From: a virus
Lineage: Duplodnaviria; Caudoviricetes
DNA length: 64,000 nt
Reading direction: 5' to 3' (one strand)
IMG/VR virus record: IMGVR_UViG_3300029288_000143
Span: 1 to 64,000 of that record
Under the pieces are notes generated by a model. That model had not been told where the DNA came from. It did no database searches and was given only the letters and a program-made list of their open reading frames with translations. The translations under genes were made by a program, and so were the position numbers. The stretch's first letter is position 1, and every line of letters starts with the position of its first letter. Shown here piece by piece: positions 63,286 through 64,000 of this stretch.

Positions 63286-64000
63286 ATGACTACACCAAAT
63301 AAAATCCGAGTTCGCGGTGACGTGTACGAACTCGTGAAAAACGTAGCGCCGCTGGCGCAAATGGACCTCGCCGACGAGATGTCCCAAGATATGCGGTTGG
63401 CCCAAAATGAGTTCGTGACGACGGTAGAGAACGTCATCGATGCCGTGGATGAAATCGATCCGCGCGGCCTTGCATCTCCCATCGCCGGAATGGCCGCGCC
63501 AATCGGCAAGATATTCACCAAAGCGCAAGGAATCCTCAAACTATTTCAACACGACAAAATCAGCGTGGAACTCTACAAATTGGAGTACGGTCGTTGGTAC
63601 TTGGTACACGAGCTGGTGCGTGTGGCCTATCACTTTGCGCGCCAAGATTACTACAAGCGAGACAACAAACTAGATATTGACACCGTGGTCAGCGCACTTG
63701 ACTACGACAAAACACTAAAAGAACTGCGGCAAGACCACGAGCGCTATTACGCGGCAGCCGCATCTAAAATACTGCTGCGCTTCATTAAGGCCGGCAGTGA
63801 GGATGACACCCCTGTCGTACAGGATTCGAAAACAAGGCGTGAGCTAGACCTCAGTGCCGTGACGATACAGCGAATTAAGGACACCATTAAGCACGTGCTG
63901 CAGGCTGCACTTGACCTCGGAACCGCCACGGCCGAAACCCTGGACAAATACGACAGCGCTGCTCGGCATCTCGCGGCAGCTACAAATCTGGCTAAAGAAA
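63286..64000 (+). CDS. tagged helical protein, runs off the window (absent from ORF track)
   Basis: RBS AGGAG; MTTPNKIRVRGDVYELV...; no stop before the window end. Confidence 0.75.
   Translation, partial: MTTPNKIRVRGDVYELVKNVAPLAQMDLADEMSQDMRLAQNEFVTTVENVIDAVDEIDPRGLASPIAGMAAPIGKIFTKAQGILKLFQHDKISVELYKLEYGRWYLVHELVRVAYHFARQDYYKRDNKLDIDTVVSALDYDKTLKELRQDHERYYAAAASKILLRFIKAGSEDDTPVVQDSKTRRELDLSAVTIQRIKDTIKHVLQAALDLGTATAETLDKYDSAARHLAAATNLAKE

Noticed and set aside
1-64000. Stop-codon reassignment (TAG or TGA), common in some large phages
   Set aside because: TAG ends many long genes (terL, 6004, protease) directly before the next RBS, and genes are full-length under code 11
1-64000. CRISPR array, tRNA or rRNA genes, integrase, transposase
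   Set aside because: No spaced direct repeats, T-loop/cloverleaf signatures or catalytic motifs recognised by eye; a tRNAscan run was not possible

Overview
About 64 kb of a large, probably uncultured, contractile-tailed dsDNA phage (myovirus-like). Coding is dense and almost entirely on the + strand; only thyX and one phosphoesterase-like gene are on the - strand. The standard genetic code fits, since TAG behaves as a stop. Order: terminase large subunit, portal, scaffold-like protein, assemblin-fold prohead protease, small head proteins, two paralogous decoration proteins, major capsid protein, a giant DUF5661-like protein, a double-HNH nuclease, a LamG/fibre block, an accessory/regulatory block (duplicated leaderless genes, HTH-phosphoesterase, GIY-YIG nuclease, DUF1599-like, sigma-like factor), then tail completion, giant sheath, tube, chaperone with a -1 slippery site and tape measure, then a second accessory block (HNH-RHH, lytic transglycosylase, coiled-coil proteins, two nucleotidyltransferases, HNH, ThyX, DUF1906 hydrolase, degenerate phosphoesterase). 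The most striking unexplained signal is a ~11-aa beta-hairpin-like tag (hydrophobic-x-aromatic/hydrophobic-x-G-x-x-Y-R-x-A, e.g. LVYRGHFYRLA, IRVAGKLYRKA). It occurs 18 times in 15 otherwise unrelated ORFs, nearly always at a terminus, and is attached to enzyme cargo such as nucleotidyltransferases and an ART-like protein. In one case it joins its cargo only through a CCC-TGA +1 shift. I interpret it, by inference, as a portable capsid-loading signal. A repeated intergenic motif CAC[G/C]TTA-N5-TA(G/T/A)TAG, a candidate phage late promoter, precedes structural and tagged genes. No tRNA, CRISPR array or reverse transcriptase was recognised. All family assignments are from motif recognition by eye, not database searches.
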